A stretch of 57,115 bases of DNA, filler included, from Diploschistes diacapsis (Eukaryota), in assembly GCA_023645945.1 (NCBI GenBank). It is 5 parts of 5 records of this genome, joined end to end, with 100 filler letters (N's around TTAATTAATTAA, not from the genome) between each part and the next. Parts side by side here need not be neighbours in the genome. Positions count along the whole stretch, not along the records: positions 34,374 to 45,713 come from JALAIB010000841.1; positions 45,814 to 57,115 come from JALAIB010000842.1; 3 more parts are not named here. One strand, 5' to 3'. How positions within the stretch are numbered: position 1 is the first letter of the stretch; the number at the start of each line of letters is the position of its first letter. The notes beneath the pieces were generated by a model. That model did no database searches, was not told where the DNA came from, and saw only the letters and a list, made by a program, of their open reading frames with translations. Below, in pieces: positions 35,816 through 46,336 of the stretch. The translations under genes and the position numbers were made by a program.

Positions 35816-37807
35816 ATGGAGGACGCTCATGATGCTCTGGTCCGAATGATCGTCTCCGATGATCGCCCAATCGCCCTCCGCAAAAAGCGCCGCAGAAGCA
35901 TCACGTATCATTCCGATAGCCTCCAGGAAAGTAACAATATAGAGGATGCCCAGGATGACGATCAGCTTCCAGGTCAATCTACATCACCTCCTCCTAAGAC
36001 ACCGGCCAAGGCAAAGAAGCGCGTCCGTTTCTCAGATCCCGGCCCAGAGATTGCTTCTTCTATCATCTCAACGGGCATCACACCCCTCGTCCGGAGGACC
36101 ACGCTGCAGAAGAACGAGTCGTATGCCACAGCAACACCAAGATGGTTGAGCAGGCCGCCAAGGAGGATTTCGTTGCCTTCAGTTTCAGCTGATGTGTTCG
36201 GGCCAAGCTCGCCTATTGAGGTCCAGTTCGCGCCGTTGAGGCAAATCCTGACGCCAAGAACGAGGCGACAACTCGGAAGAAGATGTCTAAGCGAGGAAAT
36301 GAATAGCATTGAGGCAGAAAGAAAGATGAAATTTAAGCGTGAGCAGCAAATTGATGACCTGAGGGAGGAACTGGAGATGGAGAGACAGAAAGGTAGAGAG
36401 GATAGAGAGCCAGAGACGGCAGAGTCGGATCGAATTCGGGAGCTTGAAAATGAGTTACAGCAACTCAAAACTGAAATGCAGAGCGGCCCAGCGAGTACGA
36501 CTGAAGAAGCTCTCGACGTGAATCGGGATGATGCTATGCCATTGGTTGAAACAGGTATCTATGAAGATCCGGATTGCATCCTCGTCGGTACCACGCCTGA
36601 AGCATGCGCACCTTTGATTGTGTCCGACCAACCCGCTTCGAGTAGTACAGATCAATCGAACCAGACAGATATTGTGCAGTCCTCCGTACTGGAGATGGAA
36701 GATCACATCAAGACTCAGACGAGTCACCTCCTCCAAGCGCGTCTTGACCTTGAGCGCCTCTATCCCGGCGAGACATCTTTACCGCTCACCCCTCCTGCTA
36801 ACGGCGATTGCTCGCCTCTGTTGACGGCTATGCTCAACCATATTCGCAACGCTCAGTCGACTATACAATCAACTGCATTCTCGCTGCGCGTTTCTGAAAC
36901 CCAAGAATCGAATCTTCGCGCACAGTTTAACGTTGTTCTTGCAAACCTCGACACAACGAGGGATGCGCACGCTCAGCTACTCAAGGGCGCCAACGCTGGT
37001 GCGGAGAAATATGCACAAGCACGTGAGCGTATTGCATATCTGGAAGCAGATCTGGACGAAGGAAATCGATCGTCGGAGAAACTCAAAGCTGCCCTAAATT
37101 CTTACCGAAAAGAGATTAAGTCCTTGGAGGATCTCGTGACACGCGTTGAAAGGGAGGGTAATAAGAACCTTGAAGCTCTAAGAGGTGAGATGGACGAAGC
37201 AGTTGCCGATCTTGAATGCTGGGTTGCTGCCGAGACTCGCGGACGTCGTGAGGCAGAGGAACGACTCGACGTACAAGTACTTCAGATGCGAATGCTTGAG
37301 AGCAGTCAACAAGAGTTAAGAGGGGCGGTTGCTGAAAAGCAAGGCATTATCAGAGGCCTGGAACACGAACTCGAGAAAACGAAGAGAGACAAGGAAGATG
37401 ATGCTGGAAGATTAAATGTCAAGGTCGGAAATATCGAAGAGGCATTGAAAAGCGCCAAGGCAGACATTCAAAGGCTAGAACAAGAGAAGACCTCCCTTGC
37501 GAAAGCCATGATTGACGGAAAGCAAAGAGCAATGAAGACCGTTGCTTCATTGAAGGAAGAACTTAGAAAGGCTGTTCGAAGTGTCGAAGGAGTAGTTGGA
37601 GGTTGGGAGAAGGACGCCTCAAGCAAGGGCGAAAGCATTGCTGTCGCTGGCCTCCTCACTCCAAGAGTCGAAAGTGGAAGATTCAGAGACGTGGCAATGG
37701 ATACTGTCGAAGGTACGGTCGAGACGAAAAGGGGAAAGAGTAGGAAGAGCAGGAGGATTGATAGCGGTATTGGTATACTTGAAGAGAGTATCGATGGCGA
37801 AGAGTAG
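35816..37807 (+). CDS. Uncharacterised coiled-coil protein, ~663 aa, with an N-terminal KKRVRF motif
   Basis: Long intronless ORF; basic S/T-P-rich N-terminus, extensive heptad-rich C-terminal half, terminal DSGIG motif. Confidence 0.85.
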   Translation: MEDAHDALVRMIVSDDRPIALRKKRRRSITYHSDSLQESNNIEDAQDDDQLPGQSTSPPPKTPAKAKKRVRFSDPGPEIASSIISTGITPLVRRTTLQKNESYATATPRWLSRPPRRISLPSVSADVFGPSSPIEVQFAPLRQILTPRTRRQLGRRCLSEEMNSIEAERKMKFKREQQIDDLREELEMERQKGREDREPETAESDRIRELENELQQLKTEMQSGPASTTEEALDVNRDDAMPLVETGIYEDPDCILVGTTPEACAPLIVSDQPASSSTDQSNQTDIVQSSVLEMEDHIKTQTSHLLQARLDLERLYPGETSLPLTPPANGDCSPLLTAMLNHIRNAQSTIQSTAFSLRVSETQESNLRAQFNVVLANLDTTRDAHAQLLKGANAGAEKYAQARERIAYLEADLDEGNRSSEKLKAALNSYRKEIKSLEDLVTRVEREGNKNLEALRGEMDEAVADLECWVAAETRGRREAEERLDVQVLQMRMLESSQQELRGAVAEKQGIIRGLEHELEKTKRDKEDDAGRLNVKVGNIEEALKSAKADIQRLEQEKTSLAKAMIDGKQRAMKTVASLKEELRKAVRSVEGVVGGWEKDASSKGESIAVAGLLTPRVESGRFRDVAMDTVEGTVETKRGKSRKSRRIDSGIGILEESIDGEE

Positions 37808-38380
37808 GAAGTGCAGGAGAGATGTTTGGATAGCGGGATCTCAGGCATCTTTGGCGATTTTTACGATGCTGAGTGTCCGATCTTTCGATTTCCTTTGTCA
37901 CATTTGATACATGCTCACCTGCACATTCGTTAGTGGACTGCAAAGAAATGACCTTTGGATTTGGATCACTACAAGCTATACAAGCTTCTTTTACAACACT
38001 AGCTTTGTATGGTAGCGGCAATAATGAGTTGACAGTGTCTGCCAGATATTGAAAATTGGGAGACGTCTGGATGTGTATATAGTCTCTGCTCGCCAAGGAA
38101 GATAATCCTAGTAAGGATGCCAAGGCTTGAAAAACACCAGTGTAGAACCTTGAAGCTCCGCAAACGCCGGCCAGAACAATCTTCTGATTGAGCCAGATTG
38201 AAGCGCGCTGTGCAAACTGCCAGCACTTCGTGAGACCATTTCAACCACCTATAGGAAAGGAACACATTAAGCAGACTGCGCCTGACGCCAGAGACCAGCT
38301 CCAGCATCCGCGCTGCGGCGCATCGCCCCTCCTCACTTACCCCCAAATAACCGAATCTCTCTTCCCTCAAAAAGGTCACC

Positions 38381-39031
38381 ATGTCTCTCGTCAACCTTTC
38401 GCACGTCTGTTCCCATCTGCAAAACGCCTCCAAAGCGCGCCTGGGCACAACCTCGATCCCCTTCACAAAACAACACATGCACCTCTCCCACCAACTCCAA
38501 AAATCTGGCTTCGTCTCGACCGTAACCCTCGGTGGCCAGACACCACCGCCCGTCTCCTCGCTGCTCGCCCACCCCCCTTCGCCCCCCACCATCGACAAGA
38601 CTCCTCTCCGAGGTGCAGCCCACAAACTACAGCACCGAACACTCGGCCCCCTGCACAAGCCGCCGGAGCCCGAGGAGCCCAAGGTCTGGGAGCTCTTCTC
38701 GCTGCCCCCGAATCTCGAGCAGCCGGATTATGCTGCCGTGGAGGGGAACATACCGCAGAACCCGGCGCTGAGGAGATTATGGCTGGGGCTGAAATATTGG
38801 AACAACGAGCCGGTGCTGAGCCATATGAAGATGGTCAGTAAGCCAACAAGGCGGATATGGATGACGGCGAGGGAGCTGGCGGATGTGGCTAAGGGGAGGC
38901 AGACAGGGATGGTACACGGGATGCGGCAGATTGGGGAGTGTTTATACGTGAGCACGGATAGGGGGATTATGGAGATAAGGGAGTGTGTGGAAAGGGGGAT
39001 CGGAGGGATGTTGCTTTGTAGGACGTGGTAG
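38381..39031 (+). CDS. MRPS8: Mitochondrial small-subunit ribosomal protein uS8m
   Basis: MSLVNLSHVCSHLQNASKARLG, RRLWLGLKYW, SKPTRRIW and STDRGIME...GGMLLCR. Confidence 0.93.
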   Translation: MSLVNLSHVCSHLQNASKARLGTTSIPFTKQHMHLSHQLQKSGFVSTVTLGGQTPPPVSSLLAHPPSPPTIDKTPLRGAAHKLQHRTLGPLHKPPEPEEPKVWELFSLPPNLEQPDYAAVEGNIPQNPALRRLWLGLKYWNNEPVLSHMKMVSKPTRRIWMTARELADVAKGRQTGMVHGMRQIGECLYVSTDRGIMEIRECVERGIGGMLLCRTW

Positions 39032-40024
39032 GTGGGAGACTCGGAGAGTGAGTATATGCCATTCAAAGCATGTGCAGGCAGGCGTTATGATATACAAGTT
39101 ATGTACAGGGTGCTAAAGAAAGCTCCCATTGTCTTCGTATTGTATATTGAGATAGTGCTGATATTTTTGCATGTTACCGAGCTATCATCTGCGTCACATT
39201 CCGTAGATACACTTGGAAAGCACCCGGCTTCATAACAAGCTTGTCGTCTAACCACCGCCTGAGATCCATCCGGTCCTTTTGCCGCCAGACAGAAGAGGAG
39301 AACGAGGGAAACGAAGAAAAACGCGGAATATATAGGGCTCTGGCGTCCAGCCAAGCTGTAATGTAACTCTGGGAAGGTGATTCCTAAGGTGCTGCATATG
39401 CTTCGTCGTGGCCGATTTTCCCTTTAAGAAGGGCGACTCGCTTCTAGGATGCAGGCACACAAATCGCAAGCTGGGATGCATATGAGAACTATGTCCCTTG
39501 TTATGTGACCGGCAGCACCAAATTGGTGGTTGAAGAAGTGCATTAGACATCATGAGTATGTTGGACAAGAGACACGTCCAATCGAAAGGTTCTTGCACAC
39601 ACATTATCAACTTCACCAACAAGTCTGGTTGAAAATTTCCATCTCGGACGCAGTCCTGCTGCTCTACATGTCGATTTCGAGATTGAAGACTGTCGAGATA
39701 CGCTCAACATGCCCTTGTATAGTTGCAGTTAACCATCGTCTTCAGAGAAGACAGAAATGTAACCCCGACAGCAAGAGGGGACAGGCCTAGGCGCGTTTCA
39801 TACTCAATAATTGGTAATCGAGTGAAGACAAACACCTCGTATGTATCTGTCGGGACTGCCTTTTCGTGTTCAAAAACGCTGAAGCACACACGAGCACCTA
39901 TATTATGCAGCAGCAACAGCACGAGAAGCGAGCTCGTCTTCCCCCCCCCTTTTTTGATACCTTACCTCCCTATTCAACAAGCACGCTGACGCCCAGCCAT
40001 AACTTGAACCATCACCACCACAAA

Positions 40025-40730
40025 ATGCAGACCGTCCTGATCGTCGGAGCCACAAGGCAACATCGGTGCCTCGGCCATCCACGCCGCTCCGCGCTCTAAA
40101 CTCCACGTCCTCGCCATCGTGCACAACCAGGCTTCGGCGGAGAAGCTGTTCCGCAATGCAGGAACTCGCGAGGGCATCACGAGGGTAGAGGCGGACATCA
40201 TGTCTGAGCGGGGAGTGAAGGATGTGGTGGAGAAAGTGCGGAAAGGGGAGTTGCCGGCATTTCATCATGTTTATGCTGCGGGTGAGTCTGTACTTCATCG
40301 GAGAGTTAATATAATAACGTCTTGGCTGACGAGAAGGGTGATTGTGTGACGGGTAGCTGGCGGGTTGTTCGAAACGGCTTCTATTCTTAGCCTTACCAAG
40401 GAGGAGCTAAGGAAGCATATGCTGGTCATTTCCGAGCCGAACCTTTGTGAGTGTGACTATGCCGTAGGAATCCACAGGTATGAAAGAACTGATGCGTGTC
40501 GACCGTCGCCTATCAGGCGACCATCCCCTATCTTCTCGAGCAGAACGACCCTACAAGCACCTGGACGCAGGCGCAGCGGAGACAATGAGAGTCGCCCAGC
40601 AGACCAGTTCCGGGTCATGAAGGCGTCGGAGTTTGCTATTGCGTACCAGAAGACCTTGGCCCGCCCTGACATCAAAGGCCCTGACATCAAAGGTTTCCGC
40701 GCGATGGTGTGCCAGCCGGAATTGGAGTAG
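40025..40730 (+). pseudogene. Short-chain dehydrogenase / NAD(P)-binding Rossmann protein pseudogene
   Basis: MQTVLIVGAT then a +1 frameshift (ACA-A-GGC AAC ATC GGT) that breaks the GATGNIG motif. The chain continues as HVLAIVHNQASAEKL...VEADIMSE. The C-terminal part looks internally deleted and carries a 15-nt tandem duplication (GCCCTGACATCAAAG x2, ~40663-40692). Confidence 0.75.
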
Positions 40731-41210
40731 GAGGCGGGTAGTGTGGTTTGGAGTCGCCATTGTAGCGTGGGTTTGCATCACCAGGTACATAGTGGCATCC
40801 TTTGTCGACGGTAATGCATTCATGATCCGGTATTTCCGCTCCTGTTCCTGCAGCCGGAATACCGTTGATCGATGTTGCACTTTTCTATTATGGCCTGTCT
40901 GGATGATGGTCATAGATTAGGTCCAACCTTCATATTCAGATTCAACTCAACTCAGGGCATTTAAGATTCAGCCAGTAGTATGCCGGTTTATGCTCGACAC
41001 ACTGCGGAGGCCTCGAACTTGCCGTGTTCGAGCTGTTTTGCGTATAGGACGATGTAGAGACTTACAATAAACAGTCTGAAGTCATGCGGTATGGAAAACG
41101 TCCCAAATGAGTCCTAGAATGAGGTATGTGGGGGTGGATACAGTGAACCTTGTTACAGTGCGATATTAGCCACTGATATAGACTGAAGGTTCTGCCTCCA
41201 ACTCAGCAGA

Positions 41211-42035
41211 ATGGTCGCCAAACACGCCGCATCCACCGATCCTATATAGACGCGTCCCACCACCACTTGCTGCAGATGTATCTACTAAGGAATGGGGTGC
41301 TTTTACCAGGGCAGGCTAGTTGGCTCTGATGCACTGGATCAATGAAGAGGACGAGCTGCGGTGGTGGGCGGAGGACGAAAGGCGTGCGAGGACGACGGAG
41401 GAGTGGCGGACTTTGCTGATTAATATCGCCACAGTGTGCAAGAGGTTCCCTTGGAGTATGATGGAAGAGTTGGTAGAGATTCACGGTTTATGGACGCTGG
41501 AGCATGCGTGGTTGCGCGAAAGCGCGGGCACGACGCTGCTGAGAACAACGACGAAGATGAAGAGGAGGAAGATGACCGCCGCCGCAAGACTACTACCACC
41601 ACACTACCGCCGTCGTCGCCGCCGAAGAAGAGAGAGTCGCCCAAAAAGGGCAAGAAACAGGCGGGGACGGTGCTAGATCGCCCGGACATTGAGAGAGAGT
41701 GGTGGTCGGTGACGCCGGAAAAGTAGGCTGCCAGCTCATAGGACCAGTCTATGTGGTCTATGATTGGCAAGGTTGAGGAGGGGGAGGGTGCTGATGCCCC
41801 GGCGGAGTGTGACAATTGTCGCTTCAATGGCGATATGTGCCATGTCTTCGCCAGCAAGCTTACGGAGTTCGGCAATGAGTCTGGCGCTGGTGCTGGTCCC
41901 TGTTTCCGCTGCATGCTCAGCAAGGCTCGCTGCTCGCTGTCGAAGCCGAGTAAGGTCCATCCGACTATTAAGGACAAGTTGGCGGAGCTGAAGAGGCTGG
42001 AGAAGGAGAATGCGGAGTTGAAGAGGAGGTGTTAG
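41211..42035 (+). pseudogene. Disrupted gene with an acidic/basic linker and a C-terminal Cys6 zinc-cluster-like motif plus coiled coil
   Basis: ORFs 41436..41726 and 41751..42035 share a frame and are separated by two in-frame TAGs (41724, 41739). Motif CDNC-x6-C-x20-CFRC-x6-C is followed by LAELKRLEKENAELKR. The 5' boundary is approximate. Confidence 0.6.
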
Positions 42036-42349
42036 CCACCAGCAGCCAGTAGCAGTAGTACCAGAGATGTTTGTTCGTTGGCCAGAGATCGGTCGTTCAC
42101 AAGTCCTTTCCTTCAACTCAATGCGTTCAAGCTCTCTTTATTGCCACGTAGTCCACTTTCCCATCGAAAGATCCTCACACTCCAAGCATCACAACACGCC
42201 AAGAATCTGGCCAATCTGAGCCGTGGTTGTTGAATTATCCAGTAAAGGTGAGGTGTGCAAATGAAGTTGGGATTAAAGATAATTGAGAAAGAGTTGGTAT
42301 AACTAATCTACTTTGCTTTCCTCCATCACCACATTCTTCCTCGTCGCAT

Positions 42350-43250
42350 TGCTCTCCCGCAAAACAAACGCCACCGTCGCCATCGCCATCGCGAACCTCT
42401 CCTCCCAGAGCAATGACAGAAAAGAACACGAGAGATCGCGAACAGCGCACCAAGCATCAAGCAGCGCGCAGACGACAGCGTCAAGCCTCTCTCAATATTC
42501 TCGCCTCCTTCGCCTTCCGGGAGAGCTTGGGTACGCGCGCCGGCCGACAACCAGCACCACGAGGCGAGTCCACTAGGAACGAAGTCTCGGATCTAGGCGT
42601 CTTGGATCCAGCAGCATCATCATCATCCTCCTCATAACGAATGCTCTAGTTTGCGGCGTCGAGCATTCGTTCCGCTTCCTCTAGTGTGATCTCACCATAT
42701 GCACTGGATGCTGGAGAATGAAGGCGAGGGCGTGTTGATAAGGAAGGGCCCGGAGCTGGAGAGGCCGCGACAGTACGTACATGACTAGGAGTGCCATCGC
42801 TCATCTATGTATCACCGCCACCGGGAGGCTGCGCAGTCGATGTCTGGTCCTTGGTCCGCCTTCTCCGCCACTGCCGCCTTGCACGCAGGCTCAGCCATAG
42901 CCAAGAACCTGAGATTGCCACGCTGCTTCTTGCGCTTCGCGGCCTGCTGTTTGGGTGTCGGCATCGGTATAAACTGCTCTAGCTTCACCGGCCTGTATCC
43001 TCCGCTCTTTAGCTTCTTCAGCCGCTTTCTTCTCTACGGCATCCTTCTGCTTCTTCGCGGCCTTCTAGAGCTGCTCTACGCGCAACTCGCCCTATCGATC
43101 AAGTACTGGGCGCACGAAGTTGTTGAGCTCACTGAACAGCTTCGTCTATATGAGATAGGCAGCGTGCCGGCAGCTTTATGGGCATCATACCACTACTGGA
43201 AGAGAGGCGTGCCTATCTCAACGTCATTTGCGGTTATAACATCCAAGTCT
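42350..43250 (-). pseudogene. Decayed charged/coiled-coil ORF with in-frame TAG stops (probably repeat-derived)
   Basis: Minus frame reads TKLFSELNNFVRPVLDR*GELRVEQL*KAAKKQKDAVEKKAAEEAKERR, with stops at 43094 and 43067. Family not recognised; boundaries approximate. Confidence 0.5.
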
Positions 43251-43254
43251 CGCT

Positions 43255-45420
43255 AGTCTAAACCATCCAGCAAAATCATCAGGTGCAAACCGAGGCCAGG
43301 CCCCAGGCCCACCAAGAAAAGAAACCACGGCTACGCCACCGATGAGGAATTTGATGCAGCCCTCGAAGACAGCTCTCCTATATCCGACTCCGACTCCACT
43401 TAAGATGAGAACAACGAAGTCTGCAGCTTGTCTAAGGAAGAAATCAGTAAGGCCTCCCCATCTTCTTGGCCGGTCGACATTGGCGCTTCTTCGCATATGT
43501 TTGACCAATCTTTTCTCTTTAGCACGATGGTTCCTTTTAAGGCTGGGCATGTTAAGGTGGAAGGGGGAGAATTGGTTGCAAGACACATGGGGCAATGCAA
43601 AGCTACAGTGTATAGATGGTTTTTCAATAGTTCTGAAGGATGTGCTGTACGTTCTGAAAATTGGAGTCAACTTGGTCTCAGTTAGAAGATTGTGTCAAGT
43701 AGGATTAATGGGTTCGTTTGATGACAGTCATATGTACTTTAAGTAAGACAATAACAAGGTTGTGACTGCCGCAATATCAAATAACCTCTATATAATCACA
43801 CAGGTTTCTAAGAAGTGTCAAGACACAGTATTCGCCGACGTGGAAAACACAAATGAAGTTGATACGGAAGAGAATACAGCAGATAACAACGAAGAGACCT
43901 CAACTTTAATCGAAGACGACACCAAGTACAATGTACCACTGTCCAACAAGAAAAAGTGGCGATATCTTTAACTATCACCAAAGATTCACCTATCTCAATC
44001 CAAAGAAGATTAGCAACTCACACAAAGTAACACCTCTCACAAGACCCATTCAAGTACCTAAGATGGGATGATATGGACGTATGTGAAGTCTGTGCGATCT
44101 CCAAGACAAGAAACAAGAGCTCAAGAGAACTAAGACCATGGACAAAGCCAATTCTCGGAAGGATCCAATTTGATATCACCGGCTCGTTCCCTACGACTAT
44201 TAGAAAAAACAAGTACTTTCTTCCAATCATTGATATCTAATCTTGACGTGACTGGTACCACCAATGGAACTCAAAAGCGATGCATACAACCGTCTAAAGA
44301 CATGAAGGACAGAAGTCAAACTTCAATCCCAAGCCAAGAACTTGAGTGCGAGATCAGACAACGCCCAAGAACCATTCAGAGTTAGACGAGCGGAGAGTAG
44401 CAGATAGGAGTAGAAGCTTAGTCTACAGCAATTGCCTCGTCACACCAGAATGGACTAGCCAAGAGAAAGTTTTTGACAGTGGAAGCCAACATGAGATCCA
44501 TACTAACGGAATTACAAATGCCAATCAAAGCCTGGGATGAAGCAGCAGAAACAGATTCTTACTTAAGAAACAGAACCGACACAGGCCCGAAAATGGACGG
44601 CCAAAGAATCAGCCCCATACAAGCCTTCACTAAGGAAATCCCCTCCATTAACCACATTCGCAAATGGAGAAGTAAATGCTACTTATCATGTCAGTCACAA
44701 GGCAATTCATCCGAACCAGAGACACGACAAGCTAGTCAATTCTGGACGGGTTGGTGTATTCATGGGATATTCAGAACCTGCAACAAGCCATTTCAAGATC
44801 TGTTCCCAGAACATGATATCCGATCAAAGTCAGCCGAATCGAGGTAGACGAGAAGTCAAATGGAGGCACAGTTGTTTGAGGCTGAGAGTCAAGGCTGGAC
44901 CATAGGGAACGAAAAACTTAGCCCCAGACCACAACCCAAAAGGTAGACCAAAGAGGGAACAGTCATCGCCAACGTTGCCTTTGACTACTCAGCATGCGAC
45001 TCAACCGACAACTGTCGACTTAACCGGGCCGGCGGAGGAAATCAAGACTACCACAAGTCGAAATCCCACCTTCATTCCACCGCCAAATGTACCTGCGTTT
45101 ACTGAAGAGATGCTAGCAGATGAACCTAATGCTACGGCCACGTCCAATATAGCGGGCTCGTCAGTCAAATCGCAAGTACCAACCTACATTGAAATGAGCC
45201 AATCGAATCAACCCCTGTTCCCAACAAATCACTTGAACAACCAAGATACTTAACTAGATCTGACAAGCGGAAGAGATCAGCTTCTGGCCCTGCTGAAGAC
45301 GAGAGGACAGCCAAGATAGCAAGAGCTATGATCGCAGAACTACTAGGCCAAGGCGCCCTCGACGAATTCGATGCTGTACCAGGAGAGCTCAAAGGACCAT
45401 TAGAATCTGCCTTTCCGGCA
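43255..45420 (+). mobile_element. Degenerate Ty1/copia LTR-retrotransposon fragment (end of gag, protease, pre-integrase, integrase); no RT/RNase H or LTRs seen
   Basis: Protease-like WPVDIGASSHM and LKDVLYV...VNLVSV; CEVCAISK; integrase-like QFDITGSF, RSDNA, SHQNGLA, WDEAAETDSYLRNR; GRVGVFMGYSE. The order PR-then-INT is copia-type. There are many stops and frameshifts. Confidence 0.88.
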
Positions 45421-45713
45421 GAGGCAACAATGATCCGAGAGCAGTTCGGGGGCGGGTTCTTTAGAGTCAGCATACTTGCAAGGAACTTTTCAGGAAGTCC
45501 GAGCTCCACAGTCAAGGAAGGCGACGGGGATTGGGGTCTTGGGTAGCTGCATATGCCAGCCCTCCCAAGCGGACCTCCACCACCACACTCTTAATCTTGT
45601 TTCTGAGACTTAGAGGCCAGAGATGAGACTAAGGAGATGAAGAGCGTATGGTTTCTATGATGTAAACATGGTAGTGTAGTGAAGTTTTTTGGGGGGGGGG
45701 GGGGGGGGGGTGT

Positions 45714-45813
45714 NNNNNNNNNNNNNNNNNNNNNNNNNNNNNNNNNNNNNNNNNNNNTTAATTAATTAANNNNNNNNNNNNNNNNNNNNNNNNNNNNNNN
45801 NNNNNNNNNNNNN
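45714..45813. other. Artificial contig spacer (preceded by a poly-G run at ~45691-45710)
   Basis: 44 N + TTAATTAATTAA + 44 N. Confidence 0.98.
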
Positions 45814-46336
45814 ATTTTGGGGGAAAGATGGGGTTGAGATTTGGAGGGGTGGGTGATTGGTTTCTTGATACTGCCAAAGAAAGTGAGGAACCCAAAGAGA
45901 GTGAGTTCTATGTAGCGCAGCTGCTTCAATTCCCCCAATACGTAGAATTCGGGGAATCAGTGCATATGACTGATAAATACGTCAACATGATTTTGCTGAG
46001 TAGGGCGGTAATCGCGCATTCATACGTAATCATTCATTGGAAGTACCGCGAGTCCCGAAAGTAGTTCTGCTAGGTAGCTTCAAGGTAGGTCCGACATAGG
46101 ATACAAATTGAACATCGATCGACAAGAATTGAAAGAGCGATATTAAAAGGGTGTAGATAGATTGAATTCGAGCAGTCTACTAAATATTAGGCAGGTCAAG
46201 CAAGCCATCCGTGATGAAACCCTAACTTTACCCTTTCGGGCAAATTTCTTCTTCACGAACGCCTTTCGAACCCGTTGATGCTCCGAGAATGTTCAAGGAT
46301 ACGTGAGAAGAAGTTCAACTCAATTACCTCCTCCCC

